The position numbers and the translations under genes were made by a program. Shown here piece by piece: positions 43,437 to 52,897 of a DNA stretch of 64,000 nucleotides. Where the stretch lies: positions 224,001 to 288,000 of the forward strand of contig CAVZQN010000008.1 of assembly GCA_963777505.1 (NCBI GenBank), in the 5' to 3' direction. The notes under the pieces were generated by a model. That model did no database searches and was not told the origin of the DNA. It saw nothing but the letters and a program-made list of their open reading frames with translations. Numbering within the stretch: position 1 is the stretch's first letter; the number at the start of each line of letters is the position of its first letter. This DNA comes from an uncultured bacterium. GTDB lineage: Bacteria; Acidobacteriota; HRBIN11; JAKEFK01.

Positions 43437-44822
43437 GTGAGTACGATTCTGGTCATTGATGATGAAAAGAGCATGCGAGATTTTCTCGCAATCATGCTCA
43501 AAAAAGAAGGGTATCAGGTTACCCTTGCTGAAAATGGCAAAACAGCGTTGAATGCCATTAATAAGAATGTTTTTGATCTAATTATTTCCGATATAAGGCT
43601 TCCGGATTCAGATGGATTGGAACTTCTACGGCAATCCAAAAAAATTTCACCCGATACCGATTTTATTCTGATCACCGCGTATGCTTCCACAGAAACTGCG
43701 GTCGAAGCTGTAAAGATTGGCGCCGCAGATTACATTTACAAACCATTCGACATCGAAGAGATGAAAATTATCATCCATCGATGTTTTTCCAAAAAGAAGC
43801 TCGAACGCGAAAACGTTTACCTGAAAAAATCGGTTGAGCGGCAGTTTCAATTTGAAAACATCATCGGACATAGTCCCAAGATGCAAAATATTTTTGATTT
43901 AATCCGTAAGATCAGTAACACAAACAGCACAATCCTGATCACAGGCGAAAGTGGAACGGGGAAAGGCATTCTAGCCAAAGCAATTCACTACAATAGCCTT
44001 CGAAAAGATAATTCGTTTATTTCGATCAATTGCGGCGCTATGCCTGAAAGCCTTTTGGAAAGTGAACTATTTGGTCACGTTAAAGGTTCTTTTACGGGAG
44101 CGGTTCATAACAAGAAGGGATTATTTGAGGTAGCCGATAAAGGTACTTTGTTGCTGGATGAAATTGGCGAAACCAGCCAGGCCATGCAGGTAAAGCTTTT
44201 GCAGGCGTTGCAAGAAAAAACGATCCGTCCAGTTGGTGGGACCGAAGAGATTCCAGTAGATGTGCGAGTTATTGCAGCTACAAATCAGGATCTGCAAAAA
44301 GCAGTTGCGGAAGGACGTTTCCGTGAAGATATGTATTACAGGATCAATGTTATCCCGATCAAGATTCCGCCATTACGTGAACGGAAAGAGGATACGCATC
44401 CGCTTGCTGAGGGATTTTTGCGCAAATTTGCGCAGGAAATGAACAAGAATATTTCGCGCATTTCTCCTGAAGCGATGAAGTGTCTTGAAAATTATGACTG
44501 GCCAGGAAATGTTCGTGAACTAGAAAATGCTGTTGAAAGAGCCATCGCGCTTGAAGTATCTGACGTCATTACGGTTGAAAGTTTGCCTGAAAAAGTGAGC
44601 CGTCTTCCTCAGCGCGGCGAAGTCGATGTTCTACATCTGCCGCAGCATGGAATCGATCTGGAAGGACATATTGAGCAGATACGAAAAGAAATTTTGATCG
44701 AAGCATTGCGTCGCAGCAAAGGTGTACAAAAAGAAGCTGCCAAGTTTGTCGGTATGTCATTCCGTTCCTTCCGCTATTACGCCAAAAAATACCGCCTGAC
44801 CAAAACAATGGCCCTGCGATAG
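43437..44822 (+). CDS. pilR: PilR-like sigma-54-dependent response regulator
   Basis: Receiver domain, GESGTGK, GSFTGA, WPGNVREL, C-terminal GMSFRSFRY HTH. Confidence 0.82.
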   Translation: MSTILVIDDEKSMRDFLAIMLKKEGYQVTLAENGKTALNAINKNVFDLIISDIRLPDSDGLELLRQSKKISPDTDFILITAYASTETAVEAVKIGAADYIYKPFDIEEMKIIIHRCFSKKKLERENVYLKKSVERQFQFENIIGHSPKMQNIFDLIRKISNTNSTILITGESGTGKGILAKAIHYNSLRKDNSFISINCGAMPESLLESELFGHVKGSFTGAVHNKKGLFEVADKGTLLLDEIGETSQAMQVKLLQALQEKTIRPVGGTEEIPVDVRVIAATNQDLQKAVAEGRFREDMYYRINVIPIKIPPLRERKEDTHPLAEGFLRKFAQEMNKNISRISPEAMKCLENYDWPGNVRELENAVERAIALEVSDVITVESLPEKVSRLPQRGEVDVLHLPQHGIDLEGHIEQIRKEILIEALRRSKGVQKEAAKFVGMSFRSFRYYAKKYRLTKTMALR

Positions 44823-44838
44823 CTCTGAGTCTCTGCGG

Positions 44839-46722
44839 TTAATTTTCTTCTTTTTCTTTACGCGCCGAGGCAATCAAGCTTTTGGCTTCGCCATTATGAG
44901 CGTCGATGCTCAGGACTCGTTCCCCGATTTGGATCGCATCATCGTATTTGCGATCCATCATTAACGTTCGCCAGCCCAAATTTAATAGCTGCTTCACGAA
45001 TTCTACTTTCTTTTTTTCTTCAATATACGAAATCACCATTTTCGCAGTTTCGTTCGCTGGCTCTAATTGTAAGATTTCATCAAATGTACCTTGAGCATCA
45101 TCATAACTGCCAAGTTCCATTTGTTTATTTCCACGAAAAACAAGCTTATCAATTTGTCGCTTACGCATAGAATCATTTAAAGCTTCCATACGTTTCAACG
45201 CGACAGGATGCTGGGGAAGAATTTTCAAAGCTTTTTCAAGAGCTTTCTTTGCGGTTTCAAACTGCGATTCGTTTATGAAGTGTTCTGCGCTTCGTAAATA
45301 TTCATTAAATTCTTCTAATGTTACGCGTTCCCTGATCAAAACTTGCAGCTCATAAGCTCCTTGATGTTCCGGTACAGCCTTGAGTACGTCTTCAACATAC
45401 CTATGAGCTAATTGATATTTCTTCTGCTCAATCGCGAGTCTCGCTTGCTGTACTAACTCTTCGATCTCAGGCTGGACCATTTCACTTTTCACTGTTTCAA
45501 GTAACATTCGCGCTTTCGAATGATTGGGCTGGATCTTCAAAATTTTTTCGAAAGCCTTCATCGCGATGTCATATCTTCCTTCGCGCATGTAATTCTGTCC
45601 CTGTCGCAGCAAGTCTTCTGCCTCTGCTTTTTTGATATCTTGCTCAACCATTTGCAGAAGTTGACTTGCATCGCGATCGTTTGGATCGATCTGGAGCGCT
45701 TGTTTGATGAATGAAATTGCCTGAACAGTGTGCCCTTCCACAATGTGCTTTTTTGCGGTGCGAAGAAAATTCGTGATTCGAGGGTCCGATTTCTGAGGCG
45801 TTAAAGGCTCCTGCACCGCCTTCTCCGCTGCCGTGGGCGTGTCCTTACTGGAACTTGGAGCGACTAATTCCTGAGTGGTGGCTTGTTGTGTACTTGAGCG
45901 CTCTGGTGAAAAGGAACGCAAAAAGTTTTCTAGATCATCAGCCATTTCATCTGCGGAAAAGTAACGCCTGGCAGGATCCTTATCAAGGGCTTTTCTTAAA
46001 ACACGGCCGATCGGAGCAAATTGCTCATCAATGGGCGGATCCATTTTTTGATATGGTTCATGAAGAATATGATAAAGAATCGTTGCAGTATTATCTCCAT
46101 CAAATGGTTTGCGTCCACTTAACAACTCATAAAAAATAATCCCGACTGCGAAGATATCTGATTTCCGGTCTACATGTGCGCCTTTAATCTGTTCAGGCGC
46201 CATATACTGAATCGTTCCAAGCACCATTCCACCCGAAGTCATTGTTGTACTTGTTACGAGTCGTGCAATTCCGAAATCCAGAACTTTTACATGAAAGTCA
46301 TCCGTAAGACGAACGTTTGAAGGTTTAATATCTCGATGCACAATTCCTGACTTATGTGCATAAGCAAGTCCACGGCAAAGTTGGATTACGATTCTGACTT
46401 TTTGTTCGAGTGAGACTTCTTGTTTGCTTTTGATAACAGCATGAATATCCGATCCGTGGATGTATTCCATACCAATGTATGGAACGCTGTTTTCTTCGCC
46501 CAGTTCATAGATTGTTACTATATTCGGATGGCGAAGCCTTCCGGCGGCGCGCGCTTCTCGATAGAAACGCTCTTTCAGAACAGGATCTTTCAACCCTTCC
46601 GCCGTCATTGTTTTCAGGGCGATTTCTCTATCGAGGATCGGATCGTAAGCCTTATAAACGACCCCCATACCGCCCCGACCAAGGACTTCGAGAATCTCAT
46701 ACTTCCCGATTTTGGAGGACAT
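44839..46722 (-). CDS. Hanks-type Ser/Thr protein kinase with C-terminal TPR repeats
   Basis: GRGGMG, HRDIKPSN, DFG, YMAPE; TPR-like helices; no TM segment. Confidence 0.93.
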   Translation of the reverse strand: MSSKIGKYEILEVLGRGGMGVVYKAYDPILDREIALKTMTAEGLKDPVLKERFYREARAAGRLRHPNIVTIYELGEENSVPYIGMEYIHGSDIHAVIKSKQEVSLEQKVRIVIQLCRGLAYAHKSGIVHRDIKPSNVRLTDDFHVKVLDFGIARLVTSTTMTSGGMVLGTIQYMAPEQIKGAHVDRKSDIFAVGIIFYELLSGRKPFDGDNTATILYHILHEPYQKMDPPIDEQFAPIGRVLRKALDKDPARRYFSADEMADDLENFLRSFSPERSSTQQATTQELVAPSSSKDTPTAAEKAVQEPLTPQKSDPRITNFLRTAKKHIVEGHTVQAISFIKQALQIDPNDRDASQLLQMVEQDIKKAEAEDLLRQGQNYMREGRYDIAMKAFEKILKIQPNHSKARMLLETVKSEMVQPEIEELVQQARLAIEQKKYQLAHRYVEDVLKAVPEHQGAYELQVLIRERVTLEEFNEYLRSAEHFINESQFETAKKALEKALKILPQHPVALKRMEALNDSMRKRQIDKLVFRGNKQMELGSYDDAQGTFDEILQLEPANETAKMVISYIEEKKKVEFVKQLLNLGWRTLMMDRKYDDAIQIGERVLSIDAHNGEAKSLIASARKEKEEN

Positions 46723-46787
46723 AGGATGCCTTGAGCGGAAGTATACCAGATTCCAATCGAGTGTAAGGCAAGTCTAAAACCATCAGG

Positions 46788-47804
46788 TCAAACACTGGAG
46801 CCGGCGTATTTTCGCGCTTTTAGAAGATGAACCAGATACATGCTCCAATGTCGATCATAATTTCGGAGTATCCAGGGAACGTCAAATTGCTGTTGTAGAA
46901 TTTTGTACTTCAATTCCATTTTGGGAATGTAATCGTCTTCGAGAATTTTTTGCAGCATTTCAGGCGCAGTCATGACTTCGTTTTCGAGCCATTCATCGAC
47001 TTTCGAAATATCAGTATGCCAATCATAGGGAGAGGATAAAATCAGGTCGCCATCCACTTTTAATAGAGCATCCATTTGTCCGATCAAAATCAGAGGCACC
47101 GCGACATTGTCCAAAATATTTAATCCAGACACAACATCGAATGAATAGGCTTTGAATGGAGGATTCAATGCATCTGCAACGAGAAACAGTGCGTTCGCCG
47201 GTGCAAGATAGGGTTCGTGAATGCTCTGATAGTACTCTCCCCGTATTCTTCTTTTGTATGTAGCTGTTTGGGTGCGTTGAGTACGCTCAGCGGCGGCCAA
47301 CGCGATAAAGTTCAAATCGATTCCAACAGCTAACTGGCTGCAACGTGCCAATTCAAATGTGTAACGTCCAACAGAACATCCAATATCCAGCGCGAATTCA
47401 TAATGATTTGAATCAATCAACTCAATTGCCTTTTTCCAAAATTCATCCAGTGATGAAACGGGATAATGCGAATCCATGTATGCAGAGAGGGCACCCTCAT
47501 TTACTTCAACTGGCTGATTCTTAAGGTCATAAAAATTCCGGATCTCCGGAGTTTTTTCAAGAAATGTAGAAAGCTGAAGCGAATCGGATCTCATCCATTT
47601 ATCAATATCTTTTAGGACGATTGGTACACCCGCTAGAACAGGAAATTTCTTTTCACAGGAAGGATTGGAACAAGAAAGGAATCCAGTTTGGACAAAATCT
47701 TCATCTTTTTTAAAGATGGAATCCAGCTTTAGTGGAGATTGTAATTCAGGCTTTCGACACTCAGGACAAATGATTGAAATCTGTTCGAAAGCCTCTTCTC
47801 GCAA
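46788..47804 (-). CDS. SAM-dependent methyltransferase with N-terminal Trm112-like zinc ribbon
   Basis: CPEC...CSNPSC-FPVLAGVP; ALDIGCSVGRYTFELAR, ADALN, SSPYDW. Confidence 0.85.
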   Translation of the reverse strand: MREEAFEQISIICPECRKPELQSPLKLDSIFKKDEDFVQTGFLSCSNPSCEKKFPVLAGVPIVLKDIDKWMRSDSLQLSTFLEKTPEIRNFYDLKNQPVEVNEGALSAYMDSHYPVSSLDEFWKKAIELIDSNHYEFALDIGCSVGRYTFELARCSQLAVGIDLNFIALAAAERTQRTQTATYKRRIRGEYYQSIHEPYLAPANALFLVADALNPPFKAYSFDVVSGLNILDNVAVPLILIGQMDALLKVDGDLILSSPYDWHTDISKVDEWLENEVMTAPEMLQKILEDDYIPKMELKYKILQQQFDVPWILRNYDRHWSMYLVHLLKARKYAGSSV

Positions 47805-47813
47805 GAATTTTTA

Positions 47814-48315
47814 CTATTTCTTTTCTTCATCGAGACGTGTTGCCGGCTTATCGTTTACTAATTTGCTTGGTGGCGCGGAAATAGGAAGTTCCATATTCGG
47901 GTGAGGCGGCGATGAAGTGCCAGGCGACCATTTATCAGGCATTGCAGTACCGGGCAGATGTACGTCCGGATGCAGCGGCGCGGAAGGATGAGTGGGTGTG
48001 CCATTTTTCGGCGTTAGCGGATCCAGGAAGATTTATGTCCGGATGCAGCGGTGCTGAAGGATGAGGAGGCGACCATTTATCAGGTATGGCAGTGCCTGCA
48101 TCACCAGCTGTTTTCAAATTCCCTTGTAGCTTTACTTTCATCAGTTCAGCTTGAGAATCCATTACCCCTTTGGCTTCAGTAGCACTACTGGGATTGCCCG
48201 GTTGAGGCGTAATTTTTTCGGGAAGTGCTTCTTTCACACTCGGCGTTGTTTGGTTGTTCTCAAACTCAGGCATAGATGGCTTAATCGGGCCACCTGGAGA
48301 TCCAATCTTGGTCAT
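47814..48315 (-). pseudogene. Pro/His-rich repeat protein interrupted by an apparent +1 insertion near 48000 (166 aa if corrected)
   Basis: GGAGG RBS; repeat copies are offset by 73 and 145 bp (72n+1); the corrected frame continues the 24-aa repeat to TAG at 47814. Confidence 0.75.
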
Positions 48316-48390
48316 CGACGCACCTCCGTGCTATCATCAATAGAGTATCACTTACCCTTACGTACGTCGCCACTTATGGAGGTAGTTCTG

Positions 48391-48430
48391 TCCTCATCCC
48401 CTTCGCTCCTCCGCTCCCCTGCTCCCCTGC
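48391..48430. repeat. Degenerate octamer array (CTCCCCTG-like)
   Basis: TCCTCATCCCCTTCGCTCCTCCGCTCCCCTGCTCCCCTGC. Confidence 0.45.
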
Positions 48431-48504
48431 ATTCATCCATACACGAAACAGTTTTTGTAATTTCATAGAGGATATTGTTATAATCTCGGCTTTCCCTTAT
48501 ATTT

Positions 48505-48576
48505 AGGCGCGTAGCTCAGTGGGAGAGCGCTTCCTTGACACGGAAGAGGTTGGCGGTTCGATCCCGCCCGCGCCTA
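48505..48576 (+). tRNA. tRNA-Val(GAC); CCA not encoded
   Basis: AGGCGCG/CGCGCCT acceptor stem, GCTC/GAGC D arm, CTTCC-TTGACAC-GGAAG anticodon arm, GGTTCGATCC T arm. Confidence 0.97.
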
Positions 48577-48645
48577 TAGCTGATAATGAACATAAAAATG
48601 ATTTTTAAGACCACGTATTAATCCCGCCTTTCGTGCACTCGAACT

Positions 48646-50571
48646 ATGCCTGAAATCAACATCAAAATTAATAGTGTTTTAAGACAAGTTCCGGAAGGAA
48701 CTTCCGTTACAGATCTTTTAAAAGATCAGCCGGAAGAAGTACGTCAAAATGCTATTGCTGCCAAAATAAATGGGCGTCCGGTAGATTTGTCGCACTCATT
48801 AAAAGAATCCGGTGAACTGAAATTTATTTTGCCATCATCTCCGGAAGGGCTGGAAGTCATCCGTCATAGCACTTCACACTTGATGGCTCATGCAGTCACT
48901 GAATTATTTCCAGACACACAAGTTGGAATTGGTCCTGTCATCGAAGATGGCTTTTATTACGACTTCAAGCGTGAAGTTCCATTCACACCACAGGATCTTG
49001 AAAAAATTGAACAACGGATGAAAGAAATCGTGAAACGGAATTTTGCTGTTTCACGAATCGATTATTCCAAAAATGAAGCACTGGATTACTGGCGCAAACA
49101 AAATGAGCCTATGAAGGTTGAACTCATTGAAGAACGCGGCGGAGAAACAGTAAGTTTTTATAAGCAAGATTCTTTCATGGATTTGTGTCTCGGCCCACAT
49201 GTTCCAAGCACAGGACGTCTCGGAGTATTCAAGCTGCTGCATACAGCGGGAGCATATTGGCGTGGTGATGAACGAAACGCAATGCTTCAGCGCATTTACG
49301 GGACTGCATGGCTAACCGTTGAAGAATTGCAGGAATATCTCCACAGGTTAGAAGAATCAAAAAAGCGTGATCATCGCAAACTTGGAAAAGAACTGGAATT
49401 ATTCACAATTAATGATGAGATCGGCCCCGGTCTAGTTATCTGGCTGCCAAACGGAGCACGCATCCGAAGACAAATTGAAGATTATCTCTATGGTGAGCTG
49501 TACAAACGCGGCTATGAGGTAACTTATACTCCGCACATTGCGCGTTTAAGTTATTGGGGCACAAGCGGTCATCTTGGCTACTATCGGGAAAATATGTATG
49601 CCCCAATGGAAAGTGATGAAGAAAGTTATCAACTAAAACCGATGAACTGTCCAATTCATATTGCAGTTTATCGAAATACTCTTCGAAGTTATCGTGATTT
49701 GCCGATGCGGCTTGCTGAATTTGGAACTGTGTACAGATTCGAAAGGTCCGGAGTACTGCATGGTTTGATGCGAACAAGAGGCTTCACAGTAGATGATGCA
49801 CATCTTTTTTGTACAATCGAACAATTAGAAAGTGAAATCAGTGGACTTTTAGATTTTACATTTTCGTTTTGGAACACATTCGGGTTCAAAGATATTCAAG
49901 TGTTTTTGGCAACTCGTCCTGAAAAAGCTGTTGGAGCTGTTGAAATTTGGGATACTGCAATTGAAATTGCCAGGAAGACTCTCGAGAAAAACAATGTAAA
50001 GTATGAAGTTGAAGAAGGCGGCGGCGCATTTTATGGCCCTAAAATCGATTTCAAAATCAGGGATGCAATCGGCCGCTGGTGGCAATGCAGTACAACTCAG
50101 GTGGATTTTCAACTTCCTGAACGTTTCAAGCTCGAATATATAGGAGCTGATGGTCAGCCTCACCGGCCGATCATGTTACATCGCGCCATTACAGGCTCGA
50201 TGGAACGCTTTTTTGGAGTATTAATTGAACATTTTGCGGGGGCATTCCCATTGTGGCTAGCTCCTGTTCAGGTCGCAATTCTTCCAATTGCTGAAAGGCA
50301 TCATACATATGGCGCAGAGCTGAAAACCTTGCTAGAATCTCGACAAATTCGAGTTATTCTTGACAGCAGAAAAGAGAAAATCGGAGCTAAAATTCGAGAT
50401 TCACAATTGCAAAAAGTTCCGTATATGATTATCCTTGGCGATAAAGAAGTGGAAAACCAGACTATTTCTGTCCGTCATCGCACACGCGGGGATTTAGGTG
50501 CGCGTTCCGTTCAGGATTTTGTGGACGAATTACTTCCTTTAATTACAAGCCGTGCTGTGGAAACTAATTAA
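48646..50571 (+). CDS. thrS: Threonine--tRNA ligase
   Basis: TGS domain, DLCLGPH, RDHRKLG, KPMNCP, FYGPKID. Confidence 0.98.
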   Translation: MPEINIKINSVLRQVPEGTSVTDLLKDQPEEVRQNAIAAKINGRPVDLSHSLKESGELKFILPSSPEGLEVIRHSTSHLMAHAVTELFPDTQVGIGPVIEDGFYYDFKREVPFTPQDLEKIEQRMKEIVKRNFAVSRIDYSKNEALDYWRKQNEPMKVELIEERGGETVSFYKQDSFMDLCLGPHVPSTGRLGVFKLLHTAGAYWRGDERNAMLQRIYGTAWLTVEELQEYLHRLEESKKRDHRKLGKELELFTINDEIGPGLVIWLPNGARIRRQIEDYLYGELYKRGYEVTYTPHIARLSYWGTSGHLGYYRENMYAPMESDEESYQLKPMNCPIHIAVYRNTLRSYRDLPMRLAEFGTVYRFERSGVLHGLMRTRGFTVDDAHLFCTIEQLESEISGLLDFTFSFWNTFGFKDIQVFLATRPEKAVGAVEIWDTAIEIARKTLEKNNVKYEVEEGGGAFYGPKIDFKIRDAIGRWWQCSTTQVDFQLPERFKLEYIGADGQPHRPIMLHRAITGSMERFFGVLIEHFAGAFPLWLAPVQVAILPIAERHHTYGAELKTLLESRQIRVILDSRKEKIGAKIRDSQLQKVPYMIILGDKEVENQTISVRHRTRGDLGARSVQDFVDELLPLITSRAVETN

Positions 50572-50612
50572 TTGCAATCAAGCTGAACAAGCTTAAAACG
50601 GAGGGTGTTCGT

Positions 50613-51125
50613 ATTCAGCAGAATGTAAGAGCAAACGAAAGGATTAGGGCGAGAGAAGTCAGAGTTATTGATGAAGATGGATCTCAAGTCGGCGTTCTAC
50701 CGATTCGGGATGCATTAAATCTGGCGCGTGAACGGGAATTAGATCTTGTAGAAATTGCGCCAACGGCTCAACCGCCTGTTTGTCGAATCATGAATCTGGG
50801 CAAATTCATGTACGAGGCAAGCAAGAAGGCACAGAAAGCCAGAAAAAAACAAAAAACGATTCAGGTAAAGGAAGTTAAATTCCGGCCTAAGATTGATGAA
50901 CATGATTATCTGTTCAAGAAGAAACATATTGAGCGATTTATGGAAGATGGACACAAGGTTAAAGCGGTCATTATGTTTCGTGGACGTGAATTGGCGCATC
51001 CAGAAATTGGTAGACGAATTTTGGAACGCCTTATGGATGAACTAAAAGAGATCATCGATATTGAACGTCCACCAAGGCAGGAAGGTAACAATATGATTGC
51101 TATCTTTACCGCAAAACGTACGTAA
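50613..51125 (+). CDS. infC: Translation initiation factor IF-3 (ATT start)
   Basis: GGAGGG RBS, then in-frame ATT-QQNVRANERIRAREVRVID joining the 50790 ORF (KEVKFRP, FRGRE). Confidence 0.93.
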   Translation: MQQNVRANERIRAREVRVIDEDGSQVGVLPIRDALNLARERELDLVEIAPTAQPPVCRIMNLGKFMYEASKKAQKARKKQKTIQVKEVKFRPKIDEHDYLFKKKHIERFMEDGHKVKAVIMFRGRELAHPEIGRRILERLMDELKEIIDIERPPRQEGNNMIAIFTAKRT

Positions 51126-51191
51126 TGCGGTAGATCGGTAAGATCGCGTAACGCGCATTCCGCAATTACGCATCTTGCATCAGGAGTTCAA

Positions 51192-51386
51192 ATGAAACAG
51201 AAAACACATCGCGGAGCAGCGAAACGCTTCAAGAAGACTAAATCTGGAAAGATTAAGCGCTCCTCCGCCTACAAGCGTCACATTCTTACGAAGAAGAGGC
51301 CGAAGAGAAAGCGCCATTTACGTGGCTCAACAATTCTCTCAAAAGCGGAAACTCCGAAAGTAAAACGGATGCTGCCATACGCTTGA
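51192..51386 (+). CDS. rpmI: 50S ribosomal protein L35
   Basis: [13 protein letters not shown]; synteny. Confidence 0.96.
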   Translation: MKQKTHRGAAKRFKKTKSGKIKRSSAYKRHILTKKRPKRKRHLRGSTILSKAETPKVKRMLPYA

Positions 51387-51435
51387 TTTTTTTTACAGCA
51401 GTAGTCTCGCTGTAAATATTGAAAGGTGAAAGAAA

Positions 51436-51786
51436 ATGCCGAGAGTAAAAAGAGGAAATAAACGGAGACAGAGACGGAAAAAAATTCTGGATCGAGCCTC
51501 CGGTTACAGACTGACTAAAGGGAAACTATATCGCGCGGCGCGTGAAGCTGTTCAAAAAGGATTAGCTTATGCGTATCGGGATCGCCGGAATAAAAAACGG
51601 GACTTCCGTGCTTTATGGATTGTTCGTATTAATGCAGAAGCAAGAAAACACGAACTTTCTTATAGCCGCTTGATCGCCGGCTTGAAAAAAGCAGGGATCA
51701 ATATCAACCGTAAGATGCTGGCCGAACTGGCTGTTTTTGATTCAGCTGGATTTGGTCATCTTGCGCAAATCGCAAAAACTGCGTAA
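51436..51786 (+). CDS. rplT: 50S ribosomal protein L20
   Basis: [31 protein letters not shown]. Confidence 0.97.
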   Translation: MPRVKRGNKRRQRRKKILDRASGYRLTKGKLYRAAREAVQKGLAYAYRDRRNKKRDFRALWIVRINAEARKHELSYSRLIAGLKKAGININRKMLAELAVFDSAGFGHLAQIAKTA

Positions 51787-51868
51787 AAATCCATTCTCCA
51801 TCATGGGGCGAGGCCAACCTTGCCCCGCTGGAATGGATGTCTCAGTGACTCTGCGGTAAAAACAAACA

Positions 51869-52897
51869 ATGGACATTCCAAAACTATCTCAGGAATTCCA
51901 ACAACGCCTTGCTTCTATAAATACTCAGACAGAACTCGATGAAGTTCGCAATGATTATTTAGGAAGAAAGCGCGGCCATATCACAGCTCTGTTAAAAGAG
52001 CTTCCATCTTTAACAACAGATCAAAAAGCTACCGCAGGAAAAGAGATCAACGAATTCAAAAAATTTGTTGAAGAATCCATTGAATTGAAAGCTGCACAGC
52101 TGACACAGCCTCAAGCTGAATCGAAATTTGATTTTAGTTTGCCAGGACGTGATGTCCAGATAGGAGCGATTCACCCTCTTACAAAGACGCGACAGATGAT
52201 TGAAGAGATTTTCAGAGAGATGGGATATGCGATTGCCGAAGGTCCAGAAATCGATACTGATTTCAACAACTTTGCAGCACTGAATTTCCCTCCGGATCAT
52301 CCGGCTCGTGACATGCAGGACACTCTTTTCGTTGAGACTCCGCCAAACAGCGAACCATTGTTGCTTCGAACTCATACTTCTCCGGTACAAATCCGTACAA
52401 TGCTTCAAACTCAGCCACCAGTGCGGATCTTATGTCCCGGCCGTGTTTATAGAAAAGATGAAATGGATGCCACACATTCCCCTATTTTTCATCAGATGGA
52501 AGGGCTTGCCGTTGACGATCGAATTACGTTCGCGGATCTGAAAGGCACATTGCACCATTTTGCAAAACGTCTTTTTGATCAAGATGTCAAAGTCCAATTT
52601 CGACCCAGCTTTTTCCCATTCACCGAACCGAGTGCAGAAATGGATTGCTCTTGCGTGAATTGCAAAGGAAAGGGATGCAACGTATGTAAGCAAACCGGTT
52701 GGTTGGAAATTCTTGGTTCTGGAATGGTTCACCCGAATGTATTGGAAGCTGTTGGGTATGATTCTGAAAAATATTCAGGCTTTGCGTTTGGAATGGGCAT
52801 CGATCGCATAGCGATCTTGTTTTATGGAATCCCAGATATTCGGCTGCTTTACAATAACGACCTGCGATTTCTTTCACAGTTCAGAGTCATTGCATGA
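51869..52897 (+). CDS. pheS: Phenylalanine--tRNA ligase alpha subunit
   Basis: HPARDMQDT, LRTHTS, FPFTEPS, GFAFGMG. Confidence 0.97.
   Translation: MDIPKLSQEFQQRLASINTQTELDEVRNDYLGRKRGHITALLKELPSLTTDQKATAGKEINEFKKFVEESIELKAAQLTQPQAESKFDFSLPGRDVQIGAIHPLTKTRQMIEEIFREMGYAIAEGPEIDTDFNNFAALNFPPDHPARDMQDTLFVETPPNSEPLLLRTHTSPVQIRTMLQTQPPVRILCPGRVYRKDEMDATHSPIFHQMEGLAVDDRITFADLKGTLHHFAKRLFDQDVKVQFRPSFFPFTEPSAEMDCSCVNCKGKGCNVCKQTGWLEILGSGMVHPNVLEAVGYDSEKYSGFAFGMGIDRIAILFYGIPDIRLLYNNDLRFLSQFRVIA

Noticed and set aside
48505-48576. tRNA-Val as the integration site of an island carrying the peptide/methyltransferase genes
   Set aside because: Those genes lie on the 5' side of the tRNA, and I saw no duplicated tRNA 3' end or integrase
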